A stretch of 64,000 nt of DNA from Ramazzottius varieornatus (Eukaryota > Animalia > Tardigrada). Both the position numbers and the translations under genes were made by a program. The notes beneath the pieces were generated by a model that worked only from the letters and a program-made list of their open reading frames with translations, was not told the DNA's origin and did no database searches. Positions 1 to 13,400 of this stretch are shown here, piece by piece; positions within the stretch are counted from its first letter, which is position 1; every line of letters begins with the position of its first letter. The DNA is taken from assembly GCA_001949185.1 (NCBI GenBank), contig BDGG01000002.1, positions 5,136,448 through 5,200,447 on the forward strand, written 5' to 3'.

Positions 1-3000
1 ACGTTCGCCAAGCGCAGTGATGAACTGTAGAACCCGGAAGCCGAGGTCTCCGACAGACACCGTGGTCGGGTCCGGCCTTTTTCTTTCTCTATAGGTAATT
101 ACGGTTATGGCAGGTCCAACCCGATCGACGTATGATGTCCAGCTTTTGGGTACACGGCGGGACATGCCGCCAAAGGAAATCTGTCAGGAGCAGACGGCAG
201 ACAAGTTGTTAGTGAAGCATTGACATCTGTTGAAGTGGCCCGAAATGCCGTATGCGGGACAGCCAGGGAGTATTGTCCGATCCCGTTGAAGAGTGAAGAG
301 GGGATAAGCTGGCAAACCTGGCGATGCCAGCAAAGCTCAGCAATTAATATTTATCGGTACTTTCGCCTGGCGTTCGCGCTTGCTCTTCCTTCTCCGGCCA
401 GCTGTCCACGTCGTGTGCCGGTTGTACGTTCTGCCACAGTGTGCAAATACACATTTCTCGCTTGTCCGTGCTCGGCAGCCATTACTTTACCAGGGAAGGA
501 AGCCCATGAAGGTGATGCAGTGAATGAGCAGTTCAGCAGTTCGTAACCGCCCGATGAAGCAAAACATCGCCTGTCAATACTAAGCCTGATATCGTGACAA
601 CTAGCGCCATTATCAGAAATGGCAGTTGAGCTCCACCAAACAGTTTGGCTTGTCAGTGTTGTTCAATTGCTCATTTTAGCAACGGATCTAGACTAAATTC
701 ACAAGTGGACTACTTTTTCCACGTTCTTGGCCTCTTTTGGAAGCTTTCCTCCCATCTTTGCTTACATTGCATAATTTTGTTTCGTGCCTCGAGGAAATAC
801 TATCCGTCCAGACGCGCTCCGTGATATCTCGCTAGCGCGACGCTGCTGTATACCGCTAGCTATTTGGAAATATTAGATCGGCTTTATTGTGAAATTCTTG
901 AAGGTAAACTATACAGTAGCAACATTGGAAACTGATGACGGGATGATCAAACTGTTGGTTCGAATTCTGGCTATACTGGTTCTCATCTAATACGCCCATA
1001 TTTTTATCAAGTATTTTTTTCCTGAGTCCATTTCGTATGGTCGTGGTTTATTTGATGCTCATGAGCATTGGGATCTAATCTGCATGAAAATGTAGCGAGC
1101 GTCTGGTTACGCTTTGTGAACTTGGAACCATCAATTATGCTTGTCGCGTGCCGGGCTTTTATCGCGATACCGTTACCTCAGTCGGTTGACTGCCGATACG
1201 CTTTGTTCGCCAAGCTTCCATCTTTCGTTCGTGCATGAATGATTGTCCGATATAATGGCCCTGCGCATGCAGGTCGGCTTCGTTTGCCAGCGATGCTTCT
1301 TTTGGGAGATGGGAGGAACGCTTTGCAGTTCGAAACTGAGGAATTCTCTTGAAGTAGGATGGATTTGGCTTTTCCGCGAAACACATTAGAGGAAAAACGC
1401 CCTCAAAAAGCTTGAGCTGGCTTTAGAACTGTTTGTCTTTTCCAGCTTACGATGGGAGACATTTGCTTCGAAGAGACGTTCGTTCACTGCACTTTAGTTT
1501 TGTGAGCGGGATATCGAAAGGAGTTATTAGGGGAACATCCTGCAGATTCAATAACTCAGCCCTACAGAGAACCTGTCACATCGACCCGTATTCAGGATCG
1601 TCGATTTTCGTCAATAGACTCAGTACTGAGGCAGGATTTACAGTTCGCGAACGAGCAGCTGTATTTGCTTCAGAAGCAGAACTAATGACGGTATCCAGCA
1701 GTTACGTAAAAGCCGAAAGGTAAAGTTATACAAGGTAGCATAATGATGATTTAGCCTTATAGCGCACGCGTGATGCCATATTTTATTGCTTGGTCATCAA
1801 GGCATCAGTCAATGAAGTCAGGTTTCCAAGTGCAGACATCCTCCGCCTATCAAATATTTAAAATGCGAAGGAACGTTGTGCTGCATAGTAGTTTTGTGGT
1901 GAATGGTCCAGGGATTACTGTACTCACTACTTGCACATTCGAAAAACAGAAGTGGATCAATCAGAATGAAAACTGAGCAAATATTGGACGAACATGCTCG
2001 TCGCCGTCTCTGATATAGACTGACAGATTGTGCAAGAATGTTTGACTATGCGTCGTTGGCAATTTGTTCCGACAAAGCTATAAATGGCTGAAATATAGGA
2101 GTGGCAGGAGAAGCGATCTCGAGTATCTCCGAGTAGCAAAAAACGAGGACAGGCCACAGAAATTTGTTTCAGGAAACTTCGCTACAAGCATCGGAGCTCA
2201 AATGCGACGTAGAACAAATGACACAACCCATAGCAGAAATGAACACGGCGCTTAATGCCACCCTGCTCGTTTCCGCTATGCTTCAACCCGATCGTGATCT
2301 CGAGTGACGCACATATCCGTTGTAATTGGCTGAATGTGTGCGCCGCCTGGGAGAACGATCTGGTCCAATTCGTTTGCCCACGTTCCGAATGGTGTCTCCT
2401 TTTTCCCGCTGCGACTCTTGGTATTTTTGTAACTTGTACCTCAAAGACAGCTGGGGATTCTCTGCTCAGCCGAAGAAGAAGCCGAAGGGCCGCCATCTTG
2501 GCATATGGCGCTATGGATCCTGTTGAGTACCCACGCCGGAAAAGCCAACGTTGGCGAACCTTAGTGCAACAGTTGTCGAAGGCCGTTGTTATTTCCTTGT
2601 TGACTTTTTATCTGCAGACCAGCTGGGTTGCCATTGTGGCGATAAGAAGGCTTGCTCTCTTCCGTGATCAACATGTTTGATTGCAAAACATTTGCCTCTG
2701 CAGTTGTATCATCTGCATCGGATGAGTCTCGGTTCGTAGAGGGCGCCACCGAAGCGGAAGTGCGTGTTATGGAATGGATCAACGCGTTCGTCCCGGTCCG
2801 AGCACCTCTCTTACTCTTTGCGACTTGGGTATGTGAATGGTTTCGAAATAAGAAATGGCACATTCAACTTGGAGAGGACACTTGAATGACAGACGGCAGT
2901 TTAAGTGGATTTGCACTTTTTGAAGGCTTATGAGCTGCACAGTTCAGTGAGTGTATAAGTTGCCCCTATGATAGTATTATTCGCCTGAATTCGTTTTCTT

Positions 3001-5538
3001 CTGATATTGCCCTTCTTTGTTGTTGGTCCGGAAGTCGAAGTGTGTTCGTAGTCTCAAGGGGCTTGGTCAACGTTGTCGCTGTAGCTCTTGAGAAACTCTC
3101 TCGCTGCGAGCCACGTTTCTCCAAGACGCCTAATATTTGCACTTCCAGGGCATATGTGTGAGTTTGTCGGAGTAAAATCGTTTTACGACTGTCATATTAC
3201 TCGATAGTCCGTGAAGAATTGCCGGCGAGTTTGTAAATGCTCGCACGTCTTTTGCAAGACTGTGACGAGCGTTCTCCGAGTCGGATGTGCTCCACGAACG
3301 CTGTGGTACACGCTCGTGATGTGCTCGAACGAGCAAGTATACACTGTTGTGGATTAGCTTATAGGCTTATAGCCAAATGGTGCCTTCAGTCTCTTTACAG
3401 TCGTTGACTCCACCACGCTTTGTTCAAATGTCTTCTAGAGTACCCACGATCTACATTCTCCACAATGGCTGGACCGAAAAAGTTTCTCTGATGCATGGTT
3501 TTACAGTTTAGTTTTGTCAGTACAAATAAGTTAGCTAGCCAAATACGCAAATGATATGTCCATCTGTCCGCTACTTTGATTCCGGATAGTCGATGTGGGT
3601 TCCTGAGAGCGGGTCGCTGAGTTCTTCTTTCCAATAATTATGTGTAAGCAGGCATCTGACCATTTTCTGAAAACTTCTCGAGATTTATGCCTCGCTTGAT
3701 TTTATGCTATTGATCAAGATGGAGTCGATTTTTTATGTGGTTTACTCGCCCCATGTATCGAATCGGTAAGTATTATCACTGCTGATTGCGGGAATTACAT
3801 TTGCAATCTGCCGGACACGTGATGCAGAGTTCATAACTTGTGAAGTTAGCCGCATGCCCTAATTGATTAAGAAGGTTTGCTACGGTTGATAGATTTGTTC
3901 GAGGTTGACGTTACATGAATCGGAAATGCATGGGCGAACTTCATAATGGTTCTTGTTCGTTCGAGATATTCTGCTATCCGACATGCTGTTTTGCATGCAA
4001 AGTGTAGCTTGCAGAATCAGGGAAATTCAATGCTGAGAAAATGGCGACCTCGGTGCTGAAACCGCAGAAGTTAAACAAGGTTTACAGCAGTCAGGTTTCG
4101 CCCACACCACTTAATATTCACTCCATCGCTCTGAATTTGAATCGAATTTTTACCGTATTATTTGAAGGACTTAAACGATAGGCCTTCTTTCACTTCCGAA
4201 TGATGTATGGGTGCAGTTCTCTTGTCAGGTGTGTTGTGCTATATTTCAGAGTTGGAGAAGAATACCGGTGACGAACCGGTGTAATTTGCAGGTCGACGTC
4301 GAGAATACACTTTTAACACTTTCAGCACGATCGTTTTCATGTTTGCAGAATACTACCGTCCTCTTTGTGTATACAGGAATTTTATTGGCTGGTACTGTGT
4401 TGCGCAGGCTGGTCCAACCAATAGGCAATTTTCAAAATTTCAAAATTCGCATAATTGGCAGGCCATGAACGTCAAATCTCAAAAGGGAGAACTGGTCGTC
4501 TTGATTTTCTTCTGACCGCACTGATGACTACAAAATTCATCCCAGGCTCGGCTTCGATAGATAAGACTGTCCCCAGTGCTCTAGTTTTTTCTAAGCGAAT
4601 ACCGTGCACGTGTCTCGCGCAAAGCGACGAAACACCAAATTTCACCGAAACCACCCGAAACCGTAGAAAACATTTCCAGCTTGCTGGGGTTTCGCTGACC
4701 GCTGGTTATTAGCGTTGCTTTGGTGAGAAGACCGAGGTAAATGCAAACAAAAAGACCCAGACCCGAAAGACCAAAAGCTAAAACTGGGAGGTGAATAAAA
4801 CTGAGTGATTGTATACATAAAGAGGACGGTCGTACGCAGAGTGTTAATCGGATTTAACAGATGATGCGCTCGGTGTGATCAAACTCTAACCTCAAAAACT
4901 GTCATCGAGAAGTTCTGCCGGGGAGAAACTTCAGAAAAAGCAACAAAGTGTGAGAATGTTCACTGAGCAAACTCGTGTCAATTTTTCGGTTACTCAATCC
5001 AGGCTCGATCAAGGATAACCGAGTGATGATGAATCCATCATTCACGGATCTCTGATTAGACAGTCTGTTTTTTAGGGTTCGTCGTTATGTATGACCAGAA
5101 TCTCATCATCCATTTCTGATTAGTCATAAGAGAGATAAGCCGGCAGTTGATCCCGATAGGAATCTTCTGGAGCAAAGTTCTTTCGGTTATCACGATCTGG
5201 CACTTCCCTGTTGGTTCCATCACGTGGCGCACTCTATTTTCCATCAGTTTCACGTGGTCTGCTGAGACTTGCGTCAGTATTATCTGTGCCTTCCTGTTTA
5301 CCAGTGTGATTCATTCCACTCAGCTGGCAGAATGAATGCCACAGGAGATGCTTGTTGTAAAACTCGATGGCTGCTTTTCATTCTGCGAAATTATCGATCA
5401 AGTCTAGCTTGCGTAAAGCTGTAAACATGCTGCTTTTACACCTGCAAAGCTTTGGTGCGTGGTTAATAATTCACGCGCGTTGACTGCAAAACTGGAAACA
5501 GTGATATGGGATTATGAGGATATTTTTCTGTTTTGCAG

Positions 5539-8500
5539 CGCTGACGCCATTCCCCGCTCCAGCACTTTCGACGGAATATCCTCCTCAGACGTAAAGGTCC
5601 TTCGTCATCCCGTCAGTTCCTGCCGGCCTCAGTCCAACTATAATCCGTCTACGCTTGCTCATCCGCACTTCCATTCGTCCAAGCCCGGGGATAACCTCGC
5701 CAGTTCCGGAAATCAGCGAAGGATTTTGCGGAATGAGCGTTCTGCCGTGTACGAACTCAGCCAAGACTTGCTAGATAAGCAGCTGGAGTTGTTGGAAAGA
5801 AAGTACGGTGGTCGCTTTCGCGCTCGGCATGCGGCTTTGGTGATCCAACGAGCCTTCCGCCGGTATTCCATGCAGAAAAAGTTTGATCGGCTTTCGGTGG
5901 CGTGTCCCGTGCAGCCCATCGGTAAGAAATGGAAAAAACTGATAGCGATGGATAATTGTGACATTGCCAAGCTGAAAAATTCTTGGGTCGGGCAGGGCGA
6001 AAATTAATGACCAATATCCACAAGACGCATCCTTGCTAGCTCGGCCACACTACTGTATGAGCGTAAGTCAGTCCCCATATCGTAATGGCAAGTCCCATGC
6101 TTGACGGGCTGACCGACTATTCCGTACTCGTACCAAAAGCAGGGTGTCCGAATTAACTTGACCTTTGCAAATGATTTTCGCCTCTTTACAGATTCGGTTT
6201 ACCCTGGAGGCCGCGTGAAGAGCCACTACGATGCTGGTGTACCTTCCAACCACCACATGGAAACACGAGTGGGAATGACACGGTCGACAAGTGCTACCGC
6301 TCGGGTCCACGCCAGCCACCGTTACGTCGATGTGTCGCCTAGCACCGGTCTTTACGACAACCTCAGCACACCGCACCGGACTCCCGCCAGCCTCAACCAA
6401 TCAAGCGGAACCTACTCAGTGATCAGCAACGATGTGCTTCCTCCTAGTGCCTCCAAGCTTTCCTCGGCCGAGCGTTCCGCACACGATGCATACCACCGCT
6501 CTGCTGCTGCTGCTCGGCAGCATCGGTCGCGTTTCGCCGCCCAGTCCGAATCGCCCGTTCGCGTAGTTCCCAACAACAGCAACAGTTCCTCCTCAGTCCG
6601 GACCGTCAACATGTCAACTGCGGTCTCTATCTGTGATGTTCCTTCTGTCAGCAGTATCAATGCGGCTACGCAAGACCTCAATACATCGCCTGTATGGAAA
6701 CGACTGGACGGACTGGATGACCAGGACAGCGGAGTTGGTTCAAGTGGGGGACTACACAATACGCACAAAGCTTTTGTGGATTATGACAACGTACCCTTCT
6801 CTTCTTCGCAAATGGCCGCGTCTCGGCCTTTCGATTCCGGACTTCCCTTGCCGTTCTCTAGAGTGGATCGAACTAGTCCGAGGAGGAACTCTGATTCGTT
6901 TCGAGCTGCGTTGGCTGTCAGTGGTAAAATGCAACAGAGAAGAGCGGCTTCCGCGTCGAGAGTTCCTGCCCTTCAGCACAAATACTCGGAAACCAGACGG
7001 AAACGACAGTATCGAGTTGGACTTAACTTGTTTAACAAGTGAGTGTTACTTGGACAAAAATACCATCGAGAATTTAAATGGCGAGCTGTTACATTTAACG
7101 TGTTTTCTTCCTGCAGGAAGCCCGAGAAAGGCATTGCGTACTTGATCGAAAAGAGCTTCATCAGTGAGGTAACACCTTACGCAGTGGCCCGGTTCTTGAT
7201 CACGCGCAAAGGTCTCAGCAAACAAAAGATCGGAGAGTATCTCGGAGTGGCTTCCGACTTTTGCATAGCTACGCTGCAGTGTTTCGCACAGGAAGTGGAC
7301 TTATGCGGCCTAGAAATCGATCAGGCTCTACGGAAGTTTCAGACCTACTTCCGGTTACCCGGAGAAGCCCAGAAGATCGAGAGAGTCATTGAGGTAATCA
7401 AGTTTGGCTCTAGATTTTTATCGATGAAATTTTATCGGTGATTAATTTTGTATTCTATTGTTGTAGGCTTTCAGCGACCGTTATTTTGTCTGTAATCCCA
7501 AAGCAGAGAGGATATTTCAGAACAGCTTGACGGTCCTCCGAGTGGCTTACGGAATAATATTGCTCAACACAGATCTCCATAACCCCAGTATCAAGAAAGA
7601 GCGGAAGATGAAACCGGAAGACTTTTTGAAGAACATGAAAGGTGCACTCGGTGACAACAGCGGTGTGGACGATCAAATGTTACGTGATATTTATTCACGA
7701 GTCAAGTCCGAGGAGTTCAAGCCTGGCACGGACCATGTCAGTCAAGTTCAACGTGTGGATAAGCAAATCATCGGTGATAACAAACCCGTAAGTGTGCTGA
7801 AGGTGTCAATGCATTCATCGACCGTGAGATTGCTCCAGAATATTCAAATTCAGTATGAACAATTGAAATTCACTTTATCATATGTAGCTGCTCTTTTTGT
7901 TTTAGATTTTGCCATTACCACACCGAAGACTTGTCTGCTTCTGTCGTCTCTATGAGGTGTACGACGAGAATCGTAAAGAAAGAGCTCACCAGAGAGAGGT
8001 CTTCCTTTTCAACGACCTGATTGTGATAACGAAACAGAATGGAACCCGGAAGAAAAACTCGCCCATCATTTACCGATGCCGCATGTACTTCCCTCTGGTC
8101 GGCACTGACGTCCAGCTTTTCTCCACATCGCAACATCCTAATGGACTACGCCTAGTCAATCGAATGAGCCAAAGAAAGCTAGTGACACTCAATGCTCGAA
8201 ACGAACACGACCGAAGCAAGTTCGCCGAAGACCTTCAAGAATCGATCAAAGAAGTGCGTACATTGCCGTATTGTAACCGGAAGTGGACTGATATTCACTT
8301 TCTTATGTGGTTTCAGATGGACGAGATGGAAAGTATGCGGATCGAAGGGGAGCTTGAGAAGCAAAACTTGACGACGAATATCGTTCGGTTCGCCGACAAC
8401 CGCGATTCTGGTGTGGCCGACGTGGACGATGCCAAGTCCAGTTCCAGCGCTTCGAGTTCGTCACCGAATCACGATGTTGTCAAGCGTTCAGTTCTTCTGT

Positions 8501-8792
8501 CCAACTCGTTACTGGACATGTCCGAACAACAAGCGATGAAACGTGAGTATCTTGATATCTTGACCGGTGGTAATGATGAAGAGTGACGATGGTTCGTTTC
8601 ATTGCAGAATCGCAGATCAGTAGAAGACTGTCAACAGGCTCGTTGGACAGTGGAATGTGTGTTGCGGGCTCGTCGGTCGCCAGTACTCAGAGTACGCCCT
8701 CCTCCGAAGACCCCGTTCCTTCAGCCAAACTGACCAAATCCTCGCTCTTCGGGAGTTTCTTCTCTCGCAAGAGTGAGAAGTATAAAATGTGA
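5539..8792 (+). CDS. IQSEC: IQ motif and SEC7 domain ArfGEF (IQSEC/BRAG/schizo family), multi-exon; 5' exon(s) upstream not resolved
   Basis: Conserved [21 protein letters not shown] plus IQ motif [12 protein letters not shown] (~5750-5880). Sec7 domain [14 protein letters not shown]|KPEKG...[15 protein letters not shown] (glutamic finger intact)...[11 protein letters not shown], then PH domain [13 protein letters not shown]...[11 protein letters not shown]. Approximate exons 5539-5921, 6192-7038, 7117-7393, 7467-7787, 7906-8254, 8317-8542, 8608-8792, all GT-AG. Confidence 0.93.
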
Positions 8793-10455
8793 TTGCTGTA
8801 GATGTGTCCGAGTTTTATTCTGTGCTTTCTGTTATGCAAAGGAGCGGTGTGTGCTTCGCGTTGCGGTTGCATGCATCTGAAAGAAAGGTCTTTTTCTGTT
8901 GGAACCTGCGAGAATGTTTTTGTACGAGTCATGGTTCTCTGTTTGAAATTTGTCTTGTGATTCCTGACCTTTTTTATCAATTATCCCAATACTACGAAAG
9001 TTTCCGGAGTTTACCGTAGCAAAGATTCTTTGAATCACACGTTACATACTGTAATGTGTGGTTATGAACTTCTACAGATCCGCATGCGCAAGAAAACAAA
9101 AAGCAAGATATGGTACGCGTTTTGTTGCGCTGTTCGCTGGTAAACTCAGTCGCATCCCATGTGAAATCTCAGATTCCGGCCCAGTGTCCAGACCCAATGG
9201 TATAGTAGGACAGCGAGAAAATCCAACAAGACGGGAAGCACGCCTTGGTTTCCAAGGTCTGGTATGCTCTCAGTACATGAGCCTTCCGTTGGAATGAGGA
9301 AATCTTACAGTTCGTGGAAGATGGAAGCGTTTCTCTGCAGTTTTGTACTGTGAAATTCGTTTCCGCTCGGGATTAAGGTTAGCCAATCAACGCTGATGCC
9401 ATCTGCAGGGCTCCCTGCTCAGGTGGCGCCCCCTTGTCTGCATGGTGCACGTCAGTTTGCAAGCCAGTCGGTTGTCTCTTGAACGGTGAATGCCATTCAT
9501 CTAAATCCTGCTTTCGCAAAACGCAAGGTTGAAGGTCCGTGTTGTATCTTGCGATTTGGATAGGATTTTTCCAGCATGTGCAACCCTATTGAAACAGGTA
9601 TGTTAAAGAATATCAGGAGGACACTTTTGAACTGGTTGGAAGGTGTTATGAAGGCTTAGTGATTTCAAAATAGGCCTAGTCTGGAAGTAGGGTAACTTGG
9701 GTTTTGCCGATCCCTGGCTGGTACGAAGTCTCTAGGAACCACCTATCCGTATTTGACAGTGTTTCAGGTACTTCATTTAATCGTTTGTGGCTTTTGGGAC
9801 AGGAAGCATTCATTTCGTCAGCGAGAATGATATGCAGAGGGATATTTTCGGCATTAAGGGTGGGATCATGGCAGCCATCGTTATGGGCCACGTGGTTTCT
9901 ATTGTTAACTAGCCGGCAACCACGTGGTATGACGTACCAAGGCTTGTAGCCGGGTTGCTGCTGGCACGATGTCATCTCATTCAAATGCGGCCACGGATTT
10001 CAGAATACCGATTACCGACTTCGGTTTCTTCGGGTATCCTCCTCCTCTTGATAAAGGATTTGCTCACAGTATAGAGTTTTCAGATCATCGGGAGGAAGTG
10101 GGAGACCAAGGAGCAGGTTGATAAAATTGTAAGATGGGAGTTTCCGGGGATTATGGTTATCACGATCAATATTGAACGGTGGCAAGTTCAAGTTTACTGG
10201 GTTCACACAACCCGAGTCAGTAACCCTGTGCTTTATCTTTTCTTATCTTTGCGGGAATTTCAATTTTGTAAGTTTGTATATTACGGGAATGTTGTTCTTC
10301 ATTGCAGATCGAACCTGAAGCTGTCGTGTTGATTTTGTTGGCGAAGTTTCGTGGCGTGCGAACTTACGTAAGGTGGTATTCGTTTCGTGTGACCAGTTAC
10401 CAGAGCTGCTCTGTACGTGGATGGTCTGAGTACCGATTAATTCCTCCCGATCGTC

Positions 10456-13400
10456 ATGGCGCGACTCGCACCAGATGTCGAGTTTGTCAGACCACCGGAT
10501 GTTCCGGTCTTCTATCCTACGGAAGAGGAGTTTGCCAGTCCTATGTCCTACATTCATAGCATTAAGGATCAAGCGGAAAAGTTTGGCATGTGCAAGATTA
10601 TTCCGCCCAAGGTACTATAACCATAACTTCCCTGCTGTAACCTTTCTTTCGAATGTCTCCTCCACGAATATGCTGACTCTGTAAGGTATAAGCTATTGTG
10701 CACTACCGGGGTGATTGCCAGGACCGTATATAGACTATTCTTCACAGAGCTTCAAGCCTCCCTTTGCTGTAAATAAGGAGACCTTCAAGTTCAAAGCTCG
10801 CTACCAAAGGCTAAGTGATCTCGATGTAAGTCTTTTGTACAGTACTTCCGGTTAGCAAAAACCATGATTTCGTCGTTGGTTACTTCAGGGCTTCAGCAGA
10901 TCCCGTCACAGCTTCGCGTGTATGCTCCGAAGATTCTGGACTGACCAGGTACAGCATTGCCGCGATCAACCTCTCCCTTCATATGGCAGTACAGTCGCTA
11001 CAGGGTTGGCTCAGACGGCCTCAAATAACGCTGACCAATGTGTCTTTCTCTTTTAGGGGTGGCCAGCAGAGCTGCCTGTGCAGTCCGTAGGTGGAAAGTT
11101 CGTCGATTGGTATGACTTGTACATTGCCGTCCTCCGCATGGGAGGTTGTCGCAACACGAATACCATGCCTGATGGCTGGACATTTGTCGCCAAGTTCCTG
11201 GGAGTGGATTACAGCACACACCCAAATGCTCCGAAAGAATTAAGGCTTCTCTACGAAAAGAACCTCTTACCATATGACGACTTCCGGGCGAACGTGGAAC
11301 TTCTCCTTGGCGTATGTTCGCACTCTTCCATCTCTGCAATGACTTCTATACCTAGTTTATACGTGTACCGAACATTACCTGTTACTTTCTTGCTGTAGAA
11401 AGACAAGGATTTCTGCAAAAGCGGTCCGATGAACAAGAGTGCGGGCTGCCGACGTCTGAAGAAGGAATGTGAGCGAGACACACCGACAGTTCCTGAACCG
11501 GAACCGGATGCGAAAGACGGTGAAACCAGTAAGGCGGGTACTGACGATCAGGTCGATGGGGTCCTCCAGGAGACGGACGTTTCTAACAAGGGTCTTAGTA
11601 CACCTGAGAAGAACGAAGCCAAACGACAGCGAGCGAGAAGATCGGCCTCCAATGTCTGCTATGTTAGTTCGCCTGACATGCTACTCTGCTTATTATAGCG
11701 CATCGCAACTACCCTTAAGTTTCACATTAGCGTTACCATCGGTTCTTCTTTACAGTCGGAAGTAGTTTGTGAAGTCTGCAAAGAGACCGACGAATTCGAT
11801 AACCTGAAATTTTGCGAGAAGTGTGAAACCACCTACCACCATCGATGCATTCCCGCTGGTATCCGCAGAGACAAAGCTAAGCTGTGGTTATGTCCGAAGT
11901 GCATGAAAGAGGTGAGAATTTACCTCTTTAGTTCATGAGTTAAGCCTTTTGTGTATTACGAACGTGGATCCTTTCCATAGACTTACGAAGGTTTACGAGC
12001 CTGTCACTTCTTCGGGTTCGAGCATACATCAACCACCTACACACTGGACGACTTCCAGCGAAAGGCCAACGAGTTCAAGAAGCACCACTTCGGTTCGTAC
12101 AATGTGGGGCTGAACGTGGTGGAAGCAGAGTTCTGGCGGTTACTAGCCGATGCCAACGATGAAACGGTCGTCGAGTACGGTGCGGACTTGCATCGTGGCG
12201 AGTTGGGTAGCAGCGGGTTTCCCACTGACAACGATCGACCGTTCCTTCGCGAGTCAGAGAAGGAGTACATCGATCATCCTTGGAACTTGAACAAACTTCC
12301 CGACGATAACCTTTCCATTCTTAAACATATCACTGTGCAGATTTCGGGCATGAAAGTGCCCTGGATGTATGTCGGCATGGTTTTCAGCGCTTTCTGTTGG
12401 GTAAGGAACGATGGGAGCTGAGTAAATAAGTCGACAGGACTTTTTCCCAAGTGGCGCACGTTCTCGGTGTTATTGGCTGCGTCACTTGGATAAACGATAT
12501 AGTCAAGTTTATTTACTAAGGGGATAAATATCCAGTCTGCTTATCTGTTATGTTTGATGTGGATCATTCTTGTGTCTGCAGCACACGGAGGATCACTGGA
12601 GTGCGTCGATCAACTATCTTCACCTAGGCGAGCCGAAAACCTGGTATGGTGTTCCAGGCAGCTCAGCAGAAGCCTTCGAGACTGCCTTCAAGCAGCAAGT
12701 GCCCGTCTTGGCCGAGTCAAATCCCGACCTTCTTCACCAGCTCGTCACCCACATGAACCCGATGGTCCTTCAACGATGCGGCATACCAGTCTACCGAGCT
12801 GACCAACGGGCTGGTGAATTTATCGTAACTTTTCCTCGAGCATACCATGCAGGCTTCAACCAAGGCTTCAACTTCGCTGAAGCAGTCAACTTCTGCCTTG
12901 CCGACTGGGTACGTTTTTTTCCCTCAACACTTTACTGTATTCCCTCGATGGTTTCGCGAATCACGTCATCATGCCAGTAAACTATACCCGCACTGACATC
13001 ACTGATCGTCTGATTGTCGGCCATCACGGAACCTTGATTGGCGAGTAAACGTTGATTGAAGATGGAGGCATTTTCCATCCCCGCCGGGTAATATTTACGT
13101 TGACCGTCACGTGATTCGCGAAACCAAGGGAATACAGTACTTGTTTCGAACCCATTTTTCAGTAGATGGACTTTTCACCCACCTGTATATTTGTCCATCA
13201 CACTAAATGTGTGGTCCGCCGTATGCAGGAGCGTGATAAAGTAGACTGACTTGAATCAATTACAAGTCTCTCAAGTACTTTGTGTACCTGCGTACACAGC
13301 GTCTGTGTTTCGCCGTATTGTTTGTGTATGCAGGTGATCTAAAGTAGGCAAGAACATCAGCGCTACCCATTCCTTGCTCTCAGTGCTATTGGGTCCTGAT

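Noticed and set aside
1-5538. Many short ORFs upstream of the IQSEC exons
   Set aside because: No recognisable motifs or consistent exon chain; most likely introns, UTR or alternative first exons of IQSEC that I cannot place.
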